DNA of 24,000 nt from Dehalococcoidia bacterium (GCA_965117035.1 OZ220748.1:390339-414338), one strand, 5' to 3'. Shown: positions 14,169-23,148, counted from the stretch's first letter. The notes: generated by a model not told the origin, from the letters alone. Program-made: numbers and translations.

Positions 14169-15548
14169 ATGGCAGGCGCAAACGGGGAGCCGTTGCGGCT
14201 CTGGAACTGGCGCGAGCTGTTCGTCGACCACTACCTGGTCGACCGGATGGAGGGCGCGTCGCTGGTGCTGCACGAGCCGCGGCCGGCCGGCACGGCGATC
14301 GAGTACGACCGGCCGTGGGAGGGCCGAGGCTCGGCGTACATCACGGTGCTGGAGGACGACGGAGTCTACCGGATGTACTACCGCGGCGTCCCCGGCGAGG
14401 GGCCGCAGGTGACCTGCTACGCGGAGAGCGACGACGGCATCGAATGGACGAAGCCGGACCTGGGGCTGTTCGAGGTAGGCGGCACGCGGGACAACAACGT
14501 GATCCTGACGCCGGAGACGGGCGGCGCAACCACGCACAACTTCTCGCCGATGCTGGACAGGCGCCCGGGAGTCCCCGAGGCGGAGCAGTACAAGGCGCTC
14601 GGCGGATCGCGCAGGACGGGACTGATTGCATTCGCCTCCGCCGACGCGGTCACGTGGACGAAGCTCAGGGAGGAGCCGGTAATCACCGAGGGCGCGTTCG
14701 ACTCGCAGAACGTATGCTTCTGGTCGTGGTCGGAGAACCTGTACCTGTGCTACTTCAGGATATTCACGGACGGCGTCCGCACGGTGGCCCGGACGACGTC
14801 GAAGGACTTCAGGACGTGGTCGGAGCCGGTCGAGATGGAGTACGGGGAAGCGCCGAAGGAGCAGCTGTACACGAACGGCACTACGCCGTACTTCAGGGCG
14901 CCGCACATCTACGTGGCGCTGCCGGGACGCTTCTGGCCGAAACGCAGGGCGCTGAGCGACGAGGATGAGGCCGCGCTGGACGTGTGGGCCGGGTCGGGGG
15001 CCGCCGACGACTGCTCGGACGCCATCTTCATGACAACGCGGGGCGGCAACCGCTACGACCGCACGTTCATGGAGAGCTTCGTGCGCCCGGGGATGGACAA
15101 TCGGAACTGGGTGTCACGGGCCAACTACCCGGCGCAGGGCGTCGTCCCGACGGGCGAGACCGAGATGTCGATCTACGTCGGCCGCGGTATGGGCCAGGAG
15201 TCGGCGTCGCTGGAGCGCCTAGCGCTGAGGACGGACGGCTTCTCGTCGCTGCACGGCGGCTACGGCGGGGGCGAGATGCTGACGCGCCACTTCTGGTTCG
15301 GCGGCAGCGAGCTCCTGGTCAACTACTCGACGTCTGCCGCGGGAAACGTCCGGGTCGAAGTGCACGACGAGTCCGGAGCGCCCATCGAGGGCTTCACGCT
15401 CGACGACTGCGACCCGATCATCGGCGACGACGTCGACCGGGCGGTGACATGGAACGGCAGCAAGGACGTGAGCGGCACGGCGAAGCGGCCGATCAGGCTC
15501 CGCTTCGCGCTGAAGGACGCGGACCTGTACTCGCTGCGCTTCCGGTAG
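14169..15548 (+). CDS. Hypothetical protein, probable beta-propeller glycoside-hydrolase-like fold with C-terminal beta-sandwich
   Basis: 459 aa. Repeated W/Y-rich beta-strand motifs (YRMYYRG, DGIEWTKPDLGLFE, NNVIL, DAVTWTK, FRTWSEP) suggest a GH32/43/130-type propeller. The C-terminal segment VNYSTSAAGNVRVEVHDESGAPIEGFTLDDC...IRLRFALKDADLYSLRF is typical of the appended jelly-roll. The family assignment was not verified. Confidence 0.7.
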   Translation: MAGANGEPLRLWNWRELFVDHYLVDRMEGASLVLHEPRPAGTAIEYDRPWEGRGSAYITVLEDDGVYRMYYRGVPGEGPQVTCYAESDDGIEWTKPDLGLFEVGGTRDNNVILTPETGGATTHNFSPMLDRRPGVPEAEQYKALGGSRRTGLIAFASADAVTWTKLREEPVITEGAFDSQNVCFWSWSENLYLCYFRIFTDGVRTVARTTSKDFRTWSEPVEMEYGEAPKEQLYTNGTTPYFRAPHIYVALPGRFWPKRRALSDEDEAALDVWAGSGAADDCSDAIFMTTRGGNRYDRTFMESFVRPGMDNRNWVSRANYPAQGVVPTGETEMSIYVGRGMGQESASLERLALRTDGFSSLHGGYGGGEMLTRHFWFGGSELLVNYSTSAAGNVRVEVHDESGAPIEGFTLDDCDPIIGDDVDRAVTWNGSKDVSGTAKRPIRLRFALKDADLYSLRFR

Positions 15549-16397
15549 GTGGGCGAATCACAGAGCTCCCAGTATCTCGCGCTTGACGTTGGAGGGACGA
15601 ACGTTGACGCCGGGCTCGTCACCGGAGCCGGACTCGTCCTCTCCGCGAACACGGTCGCGAGTCATCCGGGCGGCAGCCGAGAGCAGGTCCTGGCTGATAT
15701 AGGGCTTGCTCTGGAGCCGTTCCGCGGCGAGCACGTGAATGGACTCGGCGCCGGGTTTCCGGCGTTCGGAGATTACGATCGCGGGATCCTCGACAGCGAG
15801 CTGTCGGCGTACCCTTCGATGCACCGCTTTCCGCTGCGGGACCACCTGGAACAGGCCTGCGGCGTCCCAACGAGGCTCGTACCCGACGCCAACCTGCTCG
15901 CGCACGGGCTGCTGCGGTACGGTGAGGGCAGGGGACTCGACAGCTTCGTGGCGGTCGGACTGGGCACCGGCGCGGCCGTCGGCCTTGTTCGAGACGCGGC
16001 GGTGGTCACGGGACCAAGGGGTTTCCCGGACGTGGTCATGCGCTTCTACACGGAATGGGGCTGGCCGGACGCCTGGCGGCACTCCGGTCTCCACTTTGCC
16101 GAGCGCTACGGCGCGGACTCCGAGACCATGTACAGGCGGGCCTGCGACGGCGATCCTGAGGCCCTGGATGTCTGGGCGCGGGTCGGCGAGGCGCTCGGAG
16201 ACACGGTTGCCCGGCTGGCCTCGGAGGCTGGGACGTCGAACGCGATCGTAGCCGGAGGGCTCGCCGGGGCATGGAGTTTCATGGAGCCGGCGGCCCGGCA
16301 ACGCGTCGAGCCTGAGGGTGTCGCCGTGGTCAGGACCGGTCTGCCGCATCCGTCGTTGGCGGGCGCGGCCGCGCTGTTCTCGCCTGAGGGAGAGTGA
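15549..16397 (+). CDS. ROK-like / ASKHA-superfamily sugar kinase (lacks the ROK zinc motif)
   Basis: GTG at 15549 follows immediately after the upstream stop. The phosphate-1 motif is LALDVGGTNVDAGLV, with later GLGTGAAVG and VAGGLAG motifs. No CxCGxxGC zinc site is visible. Confidence 0.75.
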   Translation: MGESQSSQYLALDVGGTNVDAGLVTGAGLVLSANTVASHPGGSREQVLADIGLALEPFRGEHVNGLGAGFPAFGDYDRGILDSELSAYPSMHRFPLRDHLEQACGVPTRLVPDANLLAHGLLRYGEGRGLDSFVAVGLGTGAAVGLVRDAAVVTGPRGFPDVVMRFYTEWGWPDAWRHSGLHFAERYGADSETMYRRACDGDPEALDVWARVGEALGDTVARLASEAGTSNAIVAGGLAGAWSFMEPAARQRVEPEGVAVVRTGLPHPSLAGAAALFSPEGE

Positions 16398-16409
16398 GCC
16401 CGATTCCGC

Positions 16410-17165
16410 CTACGAGATGACTCCCTGCAGGCGGAGCGCCTCGCGGACGAGGATTATGACGCTGGTGGCCAGGATGACGCCGACGACGCTCTGGCGGAAG
16501 CGCGTCTCGGACATCCGGCCGACGAGCGCGCTTCCGAGGACGTAGCCAAGGATTACCGGCGGTACGACGATTGCGATGAGCGCGAGTCGCTCGGTCGTCA
16601 GGAGGCCGGTGACAGCGTAGCCCGCCGCGGCGACCGACTCGACGACCAGGAAATACAGGGCGAGCTGGCCCCTGACGGCCTGGGTCGGCAGCTTGCGGGC
16701 CAGCACGTAGATGGCGACGAGCGGGCCGCCGATCCCGAAGCCGGCCAGCAGCGCTCCCACGGTCAGCCCGATCAGTGGCCCGGTCCATCTCCTGCGGGAC
16801 AGCTCCGTCAGCGCATCGAACTTCAGCGACAGCGTGAAGACGATCACCAGCCCGGTGATGCCGATGCGGAGCGCGCTGCCGCCAAGGGCGCTGAGAACGA
16901 GCACACCGATGGGCGCCCCCAACGCGCCGCCGGCGATCACGGGGAGCAGCTCGCGCACGCGAAGGTGCCGCCGCGTCTGCCAGATGATTAGCGCGAACAG
17001 CACGAGCGACACGGTGTTGACGACGACCACGACGGTCTGAGGCTCGATCACGAGCAGCAGCAGGGGAGTCGTCGCGATGCCGATGCCGAAGCCGACGGTG
17101 CTCAGAACAGTGGACCCCATCAGCATGACGGGGACGGCTACGAGGATTTCGGTGATGTCGGGCAT
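16410..17165 (-). CDS. TauE/SafE family sulfite/anion exporter (DUF81 permease)
   Basis: 251 aa and seven to eight TM helices. The protein is Gly-rich, with internal duplication typical of TauE/SafE (GFGIGIATTPLLLL ... GFGIGGPLVAIYVL). Confidence 0.8.
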   Translation of the reverse strand: MPDITEILVAVPVMLMGSTVLSTVGFGIGIATTPLLLLVIEPQTVVVVVNTVSLVLFALIIWQTRRHLRVRELLPVIAGGALGAPIGVLVLSALGGSALRIGITGLVIVFTLSLKFDALTELSRRRWTGPLIGLTVGALLAGFGIGGPLVAIYVLARKLPTQAVRGQLALYFLVVESVAAAGYAVTGLLTTERLALIAIVVPPVILGYVLGSALVGRMSETRFRQSVVGVILATSVIILVREALRLQGVIS

Positions 17166-17201
17166 GGGCGACGCGGCCTACGCTGGAGGCTTCAGGGGGA
17201 C

Positions 17202-17383
17202 GTGGTTGCGTTGGATGGCGGGCGGCCGCATGTCGGTGGCTGTCACCCTCACCCCAGCCCTCTCCCGCCGAGGGAGAGGGGGTCAAGAGTCCCGTCGTGG
17301 CTACGGCGGATGGGGGTAGGTCGCATGTTGGTGGCTGTCACCCTCACCCCAGCCCTCTCCCGTCGAGGGAGAGGGGGTCAAAG
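17202..17383. repeat. Tandem duplication (two units of about 87 nt, 95-nt period) of a REP-like element with a 9-bp hairpin
   Basis: Units at 17202-17288 and 17297-17383 share GGTGGCTGTCACCCTCACCCCAGCCCTCTCCCG(C/T)CGAGGGAGAGGGGGTCAA. The hairpin is CCCTCTCCC (17258-17266) / GGGAGAGGG (17272-17280), repeated in unit 2. The repeat lies between the D-aminoacylase stop and the TauE start. Confidence 0.9.
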
Positions 17384-17412
17384 CCGTTCGGCGAGTTCGT
17401 TTGTGAAGGGCG

Positions 17413-18993
17413 TCAGGGGATGGCGCGGCCGGCGAGGACGCCGGTGCACTCTTCGTCGTCTACGGCGAGCCGGCCGTTGACGAGGACGTAGGGTATGCCC
17501 GCCGGGAACTGCTTCGGGTCGTCGTAGGTGGCGTTGTCGATGATGCGCTCGGCGTCGAAGACGACCACGTCGGCGAAGTAGCCCTCGGCGATCCTGCCGC
17601 GGTCGGTCAGGTTGAAGCGGCGCGCGGCGTTGTCGGTCATGCGCTGGACGGCGTCCTCCAGGCTGATGGTGCCGAACTGGCGGCGCAGCCTGCCCAGGAA
17701 CCGGGGGAAGGTGCCGTAGCCGCGCGGGTGGGGGAGGCTGCCCATCGGTATCGAGTCGCTGCCGACCATGAAGTCGGGCCGCGAGAGGAACTCCAGCGCG
17801 TCCCGGCTGACCTGCCTCCACAGGGCCACGCTGTCGGGAGGCGAGCCCCAGTAGCCCACCTGGCCCTCCTGCTCGAGCAGCAGCTCGCACAGGGCGTTGC
17901 CGGTGCTGATGCCGCGCGCCGCGGCGATGTCCTCGAGGCTCATGCCCTCCAGCGCGGGGTCCTTGCCGAGGTACGAGAAGACGGCGTCGACGAAGCGCTC
18001 GCGCGGGTTCTCGTCCAGGTCCCTGGCCAGCTCGGCGCGTGCCACCGGGTCGCGGAGCTGCTCCAGCGCTCCGTCGAGACCGCCCTCGTGGGCCGGGCTG
18101 GGCAGGTAACTGAGCGGATAGGTGCTGCCGGTGGGGTAGGGGTACAGATCGGCGGTGACGTCGACTCCCTCGGCCTTGGCCTCGTCTATCAGCGCCATGC
18201 GCTCCGAGACCTGCCCGGCCGTCCAGGCGTGGGTGCGGTGGTGCGAGAAGTGGACCTTGACGCCTGAGCGACGCCCGATCTCCAGCGCCTCGGGGATGCC
18301 GCCGCCTCCGAACGCGCGGTCCGTGTTGACGTCCCTGAGGTGCGTCACGTAGACGCCGCCCGCCTCACGGACGACCTCGCACAGCGAGACGATCTCGTCC
18401 GTGTCGCTCCAGGCGTGCGGATGGTAGGAGAGGCCCGTGGCGAGGCCGACGGCGCCCTGTTCCATGCCCTCCGCGACCAGTCTCTTCGCCCTGTCGAGCA
18501 GCTCGCCCTCGAGCTTGACGTCCCTGAAGCCCGCGACCCCCAGGCGGACGGCGCCGTGGGCTACCAGGTAGGCGGTGTTGACGCCGACGCCGTCGTAGTG
18601 GGAGCGGAACGCCGCCACGGTGCTCATGTCGAGGTCCAGCGGCGGCATGCCGAGGATGCCGGACAGGTACCGGGCGTAGATGGCGTAGTTCTCGCGCGAC
18701 AGCGGGGCGTACGACAGGCCGTCCTGCCCCAGGATCTCGGTCGTGATGCCCTGGCGCAGGCCCTGGGCGTGCTGCGGCTTGGTCAGCAGGGAAGCGTCCG
18801 AGTGGACGTGCGTGTCTATGAAGCCCGGCGAGACGGTGAGCCCGTCGGCGTCGATGACCCGGCCGGCCTCGGCGTCGGACAGGTCGCCGACGGCCTCCAC
18901 GCGCTCCCCGGAGATCCCAACGTCGGCCGGTCGGCCGGGAGCGCCGGTGCCGTCTACAACCGTGCCGCCGCGTACTACTACGTCGAACGCCAT
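17413..18993 (-). CDS. N-acyl-D-amino-acid deacylase (D-aminoacylase), amidohydrolase superfamily
   Basis: 526 aa. The N-terminus FDVVVRGGTVVDGTG...GFIDTHVHSD (HxH metal motif) and the overall length are typical of D-aminoacylases. AGGAGA lies upstream of ATG 18993. Confidence 0.85.
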   Translation of the reverse strand: MAFDVVVRGGTVVDGTGAPGRPADVGISGERVEAVGDLSDAEAGRVIDADGLTVSPGFIDTHVHSDASLLTKPQHAQGLRQGITTEILGQDGLSYAPLSRENYAIYARYLSGILGMPPLDLDMSTVAAFRSHYDGVGVNTAYLVAHGAVRLGVAGFRDVKLEGELLDRAKRLVAEGMEQGAVGLATGLSYHPHAWSDTDEIVSLCEVVREAGGVYVTHLRDVNTDRAFGGGGIPEALEIGRRSGVKVHFSHHRTHAWTAGQVSERMALIDEAKAEGVDVTADLYPYPTGSTYPLSYLPSPAHEGGLDGALEQLRDPVARAELARDLDENPRERFVDAVFSYLGKDPALEGMSLEDIAAARGISTGNALCELLLEQEGQVGYWGSPPDSVALWRQVSRDALEFLSRPDFMVGSDSIPMGSLPHPRGYGTFPRFLGRLRRQFGTISLEDAVQRMTDNAARRFNLTDRGRIAEGYFADVVVFDAERIIDNATYDDPKQFPAGIPYVLVNGRLAVDDEECTGVLAGRAIP

Positions 18994-19057
18994 GTCTTCT
19001 CCTACTCTTCCGGCGCCGCTTGCGGGCGTCCCCCTGGGACCCGGCGTCGTGCCTGCC

Positions 19058-20851
19058 TCAGTCGATCAACCTGAGATTGAGCTCGGCCAGCTGCTCGTCG
19101 TCGACCACGTCCGGCGCCTCGAACAGGGGGTCGACGCCGGTCTGCGTCTTCGGGAAGGCGATGACCTCCCGGATGCTGTCGACGTTCAGCAACAGCATGA
19201 TGAGCCGCTCGATGCCCGCGGCGATGCCGCCGTGCGGAGGCGTGCCGTACTCGAACGCGTCGAGCAACTGCTTGAACCGCGCCTCGGTGTCCTCCTCCCT
19301 GTAGCCGAGGACCTCGAACACCCTGCCCTGCATGTCGCGCCGGTGAATCCGGATGCTGCCGCCCGCGGCCTCCATCCCGTTGCAGACGAGGTCGTAGGCG
19401 CGGGAGAGCGCGGCGCCGGGGTCCGATTCGAGCGCGCCCTCGTGACCTGCCTTGGGCGCGGTGAACGGATGGTGAGGGGAGTCCCAGCGCGCCTCGTCCT
19501 CGTTCCACTCGAAGAGCGGGAAGTCCACGATGAAGGCGAACGCAAGGACGTTCGGGTCGGCGAGCTCGAGACGCCTGGCCATCTCCCGTCGGAGGGCGTC
19601 GAGAGCGACGTTCGTAGATTTCGCGGGGCCGGCGATTACCAGGAGCAGGTCCCCGGGACTCGCTCCCGTCCTCCGCGCGATGTCCTTCACGACGTCGATC
19701 GACAGGAACTTGGCGACCGGCGACTTGATATGCTCCTCGGTCAGACCGTCGATGGACGGAGCATCCGCACCTAGGACTATGTAAACGAGTCCCTGCGCGC
19801 CGCTCTGTTTCGTGAACTCCACGAGATCGTCGAGCTGCCGGCGGGGCATGTCGGCCAGCCCCGGAGCGGCAAAGCCCTTCACGATCCCGCCGCCCGCGAG
19901 CACCGCCTGGAAGACGCGAAACTCGGTGTCCCCGACCGCCTCGCCGAGGTCGGCCATCTCGAGTCCGTAGCGAAGGTCTGGCCGGTCGGAGGCGTATCTT
20001 GCCATCGCCTCGGCGTACGGGATGCGCGGGAACGGCTTCTTGACGATCGTGCGCTCGGGGACGAGCGATTCGAACAGGGCGGTGTAGAGCTCCTCGATCA
20101 GGTCGAGCACGTCGTTTTCGTCGACGAAGCTCATTTCGAGGTCGAGCTGCGTGAATTCCGGCTGCCGATCGCCGCGCGGGTCCTCGTCGCGGAAGCACCT
20201 GGCTATCTGGAAATACTTCTCGACTCCCGCGGCCATGAGAAGCTGCTTCAACTGCTGCGGAGACTGGGGAAGCGCGTAGAATTTGCCCGGATACAGGCGG
20301 CTCGGCACGAGATAGTCCCTCGCCCCCTCCGGCGTGCTCTTGATTAGGATCGGCGTCTCGACTTCGAGGAACCCGCGGTCGCTGAAAAAGTCGCGAATGA
20401 ACTTGACGGCCCGATGGCGCATGACCAGCATGTCGCGCATGCGTGGGCGGCGCAGGTCGAGGTAGCGGTGGCGCATGCGCAGCAGCTCGTCCACCTCGCT
20501 CTCCACGCTCACCTGGAAGGGCGGTGTCCTGGACTCGTTCAGGATCGTCAGGCTCTCTGCCGCGACCTCGACGTCGCCCGTGGGCAGGTTCGCGTTGATG
20601 GTCTCGTCGGAACGCCGCGTCACCTGGCCCGAGACCTGCACGACCCATTCGCCACGCACCTGGCCGGCGAGCTCGTGCGGCTCCGGGTTCGAGTCCGGGT
20701 TGAAGACTGCCTGCACGACGCCGGAGCGGTCGCGCAGGTCGATGAAGATAAGATTGCCGTGGTCGCGCCTGCGATCCACCCAGCCCGCCAGTGTGACGGT
20801 CTGGCCGACGTGGCCGCTTCTGAGCTCCCCACAGTCGATCGTCTTCAGCAA
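19058..20851 (-). CDS. aspS: Aspartate--tRNA ligase
   Basis: Class IIb aaRS: N-terminal OB fold (CGELR...VTLAGWVDRRRDHGNLIFIDLRDRSG) and motif 2/3 contexts (FRDEDPRGDRQPEFTQLD, GGIAAGIERL). I place the start at TTG 20851, preceded by GGAGGAAG at 6-nt spacing. The ORF-track GTG/ATG at 20917 would overlap dgkA. Confidence 0.92.
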   Translation of the reverse strand: MLKTIDCGELRSGHVGQTVTLAGWVDRRRDHGNLIFIDLRDRSGVVQAVFNPDSNPEPHELAGQVRGEWVVQVSGQVTRRSDETINANLPTGDVEVAAESLTILNESRTPPFQVSVESEVDELLRMRHRYLDLRRPRMRDMLVMRHRAVKFIRDFFSDRGFLEVETPILIKSTPEGARDYLVPSRLYPGKFYALPQSPQQLKQLLMAAGVEKYFQIARCFRDEDPRGDRQPEFTQLDLEMSFVDENDVLDLIEELYTALFESLVPERTIVKKPFPRIPYAEAMARYASDRPDLRYGLEMADLGEAVGDTEFRVFQAVLAGGGIVKGFAAPGLADMPRRQLDDLVEFTKQSGAQGLVYIVLGADAPSIDGLTEEHIKSPVAKFLSIDVVKDIARRTGASPGDLLLVIAGPAKSTNVALDALRREMARRLELADPNVLAFAFIVDFPLFEWNEDEARWDSPHHPFTAPKAGHEGALESDPGAALSRAYDLVCNGMEAAGGSIRIHRRDMQGRVFEVLGYREEDTEARFKQLLDAFEYGTPPHGGIAAGIERLIMLLLNVDSIREVIAFPKTQTGVDPLFEAPDVVDDEQLAELNLRLID

Positions 20852-20892
20852 TCTCTTCCTCCGCGCGCCTGTTACTCCGGGGCGCGTTCCGC

Positions 20893-21249
20893 CTAGCCCA
20901 ACAGTACCAATCCCCACACGACGGGGACGTTGATCAGCGCCACGAAGACCGCCGCTGAGCCAATGTCCTTGGCGCGTCCGGAGAGCTCGTTGTTCTCAGT
21001 TCCCACGCGGTCTACCACCGTTTCCACGGCTGTGTTCAGCAGTTCCACGATCAGCACCAGCATGAGCGACGAGAGCAGCAGGGCGCGCTCAATGCCGTCG
21101 GCTCCAAGCAGCACGGCCGCCGGTACGAGGACTATCCCGGCCAGCAGCTCCTGGCGCACCGCCGCGTGGTGCCTGATCGCCTCCCGCAGCCCGGCGATCG
21201 AGTACCCGGTTGCGTTCCAGAGACGACCGACGTTCAGCGTTCTAGTCAA
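20893..21249 (-). CDS. dgkA: Diacylglycerol kinase (prokaryotic DgkA type)
   Basis: 118 aa and colinear with E. coli DgkA: AxGYSxxGLRxA, VELLNTAVETVVDR, ELSGRAKDIGSAAV. Confidence 0.92.
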   Translation of the reverse strand: MTRTLNVGRLWNATGYSIAGLREAIRHHAAVRQELLAGIVLVPAAVLLGADGIERALLLSSLMLVLIVELLNTAVETVVDRVGTENNELSGRAKDIGSAAVFVALINVPVVWGLVLLG

Positions 21250-21424
21250 CGGGGCTCTCCAACGGTCGCGGCGGGGAGAGCCGCCTCACCGGCCGTGCTC
21301 CCCAGGCGGTTGGCGTTTCGGCCCCCGGGGACGGACATCTGCGGTGACGCTCCCACCCGGGGCATGATGGGAACCGGGTCGATGCCGGCTCACGCCAGAG
21401 GTTCCCGGCGACGGGACGGCGGAT

Positions 21425-21865
21425 TCAGACGATCCTTCCGTTGCCGCGCTTCTTGTTCTCCAGGTTGACGAAGGTCTCGGTCCGGCGCACTCCCGGGATG
21501 ACGCCGACCTTTGTCCTCAGGAACACACCCAGCTCTTCGGCCGATCGGAGCGTCGCCCAGGCGAAGACGTCGAACGAGCCGGTCGTTATTGCCACCCAGC
21601 CTATCTCGTTGAGTGCGGCGAGGTCGTTCGCGACCTGGTCGATCTTGTCGGGATCGACCTGCACGCCGACAAGGGCCCGGGACTCGTAGCCCATCTTGAC
21701 CGGGTCCGGGAGGGCGACTATCTCGATGAATTCCTGCTCGACGAGCCGCTTGAGCCGCCGGCGGACGGTGCCCTCGCTGACGCCAACGAGCCTGGCCATT
21801 CCGGCGTTCGAGGCCCTGCCGTCCCCCTGAAGAATGTCGATTATCTTGGTGTCCAGTGCGTCCAT
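21425..21865 (-). CDS. Lrp/AsnC family transcriptional regulator
   Basis: 146 aa. The N-terminal HTH is LDTKIIDILQGDGRASNAGMARLVGVSEGTVRRRLKRL, followed by a C-terminal RAM/AsnC ligand domain. Confidence 0.9.
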   Translation of the reverse strand: MDALDTKIIDILQGDGRASNAGMARLVGVSEGTVRRRLKRLVEQEFIEIVALPDPVKMGYESRALVGVQVDPDKIDQVANDLAALNEIGWVAITTGSFDVFAWATLRSAEELGVFLRTKVGVIPGVRRTETFVNLENKKRGNGRIV

Positions 21866-21901
21866 ACGGGTCTCACGCCTCCGTGGTGATTATCGTATCG
21901 A

Positions 21902-21930
21902 ATGATAGCGTTGTCGACGAATACTGTCAA
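21902..21930 (-). promoter_or_regulatory. Putative sigma70-type promoter of the Lrp/AsnC gene
   Basis: The minus strand reads TTGACA (21930-21925), a 17-nt spacer, then TATCAT (21907-21902). GGAGG (21882-21878) and ATG 21865 lie downstream. The region is locally AT-rich in an otherwise GC-rich genome. Confidence 0.5.
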
Positions 21931-21980
21931 TGCCGAAACGGCCGAAACAGGGCTCGTTGCCGCCGTTTCCGCACGGGATG

Positions 21981-22469
21981 CTAACGGAGGCGGATGGTCG
22001 CGACGTACGCCCCGAGCGCTATGGCGAGGACGTCGAAGAGAGACCACACGCCGAGGGTCGCGGCGGTGATGGCCATGCTGACCAGGCCCGCGAGCACGAC
22101 GCCGGCTCCGGCCGCGACCTGGAGCTTTCGGCCCCGCTTGCGGCCGGCGGCGAACCCGACGGCTTCTGACATGGCGTAGCCGAGCCCGGCAAGCGCGACC
22201 AGGTGCACCAGGTCCCCCAGGAACCGGACGAACAGTCCCAACATGAGGCCACCGCCCAGGCCTATCACGACGGCGGCGAGTATGCCGAGAGCCAGCGACG
22301 AGGACTCTACGCGGTATGTGGGCGGTACCGTGCCCTTGCCGCACTCCTGGCATCGTATCCCGACGGCGGCGTGCACCAGGCACCTGGGGCAGACCGGGGT
22401 GTCGCACCTGCTGCACCGCAGGTTGGTCTGCACGCCGGGATGTCTTGCGCAGTCTGTCGTTTCGTTCAT
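21981..22469 (-). CDS. Zinc-ribbon (B-box-like Cys/His cluster) membrane protein
   Basis: ATG at 22469 is preceded by AGGAGCGGG. The N-terminus CARHPGVQTNLRCSRCDTPVCPRCLVHAAVGIRCQECG contains CxxH, CxxC, CxxC and CxxC pairs. It is followed by about four Gly/Ala-rich TM helices. Confidence 0.7.
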   Translation of the reverse strand: MNETTDCARHPGVQTNLRCSRCDTPVCPRCLVHAAVGIRCQECGKGTVPPTYRVESSSLALGILAAVVIGLGGGLMLGLFVRFLGDLVHLVALAGLGYAMSEAVGFAAGRKRGRKLQVAAGAGVVLAGLVSMAITAATLGVWSLFDVLAIALGAYVATIRLR

Positions 22470-22485
22470 GGTGGTCTGCCCGCTC

Positions 22486-23148
22486 CTACGACCCGCGCCG
22501 GCCGACCCACGCCTCGCGAGACGAGATGTCCCTGTCCCACACGAGGCGGTTGGCCATGACACGGTACCACGGCGCGCCGCGGGACAGGGGCTCCCAGTTC
22601 GCCGTGAGCCGTTTCGCGAGGAGGACCAGCGCGATGGCGACAGAAATATAGCCGAGGGCGGGCGGCTGCGAGAAGATGTAGGTCATGGGAGCCAGCGACA
22701 GCAAGGCGACCAGCACCCACAGCGCCGTGTCCTTCACGACCAGCCGCCCGACGAGGCCGAACAGCACGCCGATCACCAGCACCTCGCGCCACATCAGCAG
22801 TCCCAGCAGCACCCCTGTCGTCACCGAGACGCCCCTGCCTCCCGTCAGGCCAATGTACGGAGACCAGTTGTGACCGACTATCGCGGCGACCCCTACCAGT
22901 CCCTGCGCCGGGGTGTCCAGTCCGGCGAGCCTGGCAAGCAGGAGTGGCAGCATTCCCTTTCCGACGCAGTCGAATGTCCCTATGGCGATCGCCGGCCATC
23001 TCCCGAGGGCCTCCGCGGCGTTCGAGGCGCCGACGTTGCCCGAGCCGAACCGGCGGATGTCCAGGCCGCGCAGCCAACGCGCGGCCAGGTAGGACGATGG
23101 GACCGCGCCCCAGAGATAGGCCGCGATGACCGCCGCGATTTCTTCCAG
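22486..23148 (-). CDS. plsY: Glycerol-3-phosphate acyltransferase PlsY (acyl-phosphate dependent); 5' boundary unresolved, no canonical start codon
   Basis: GHNWSPYIGLTGGRGV lies in the ORF-track ORF (22486-22953). Reading the same frame further upstream by hand gives AAYLWGAVPSSY...FGSGNVGASN...FDCVGKG, the conserved N-terminal PlsY motifs. That stretch has no in-frame ATG/GTG/TTG. Candidate starts are CTG 23148, ATC 23154 and ATC 23166. Confidence 0.8.
   Translation of the reverse strand: MEEIAAVIAAYLWGAVPSSYLAARWLRGLDIRRFGSGNVGASNAAEALGRWPAIAIGTFDCVGKGMLPLLLARLAGLDTPAQGLVGVAAIVGHNWSPYIGLTGGRGVSVTTGVLLGLLMWREVLVIGVLFGLVGRLVVKDTALWVLVALLSLAPMTYIFSQPPALGYISVAIALVLLAKRLTANWEPLSRGAPWYRVMANRLVWDRDISSREAWVGRRGS

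Noticed and set aside
11994-14181. Large ORFs 11994-13394 (+), 12634-14181 (-), 11923-12624 (-) overlapping the PhyH and dehydratase genes
   Set aside because: These are GC-artefact frames (runs of RRRR, GRPG, VVEV) overlapping genes with conserved catalytic residues.
16330-20648. ORFs 16330-17286 (-), 17378-17890 (-), 18340-19774 (+), 19002-20648 (-)
   Set aside because: Same reasoning: Arg/Pro/Gly-rich alternate frames of the TauE, D-aminoacylase and aspS genes.
21931-21975. Hairpin GCCGAAACGGC...GCCGTTTCCGC downstream of the zinc-ribbon gene, as a possible intrinsic terminator
   Set aside because: The stem is imperfect with a long loop, and no U-tract follows on the transcribed strand. 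It also overlaps the region just upstream of the predicted Lrp promoter. The evidence is insufficient.
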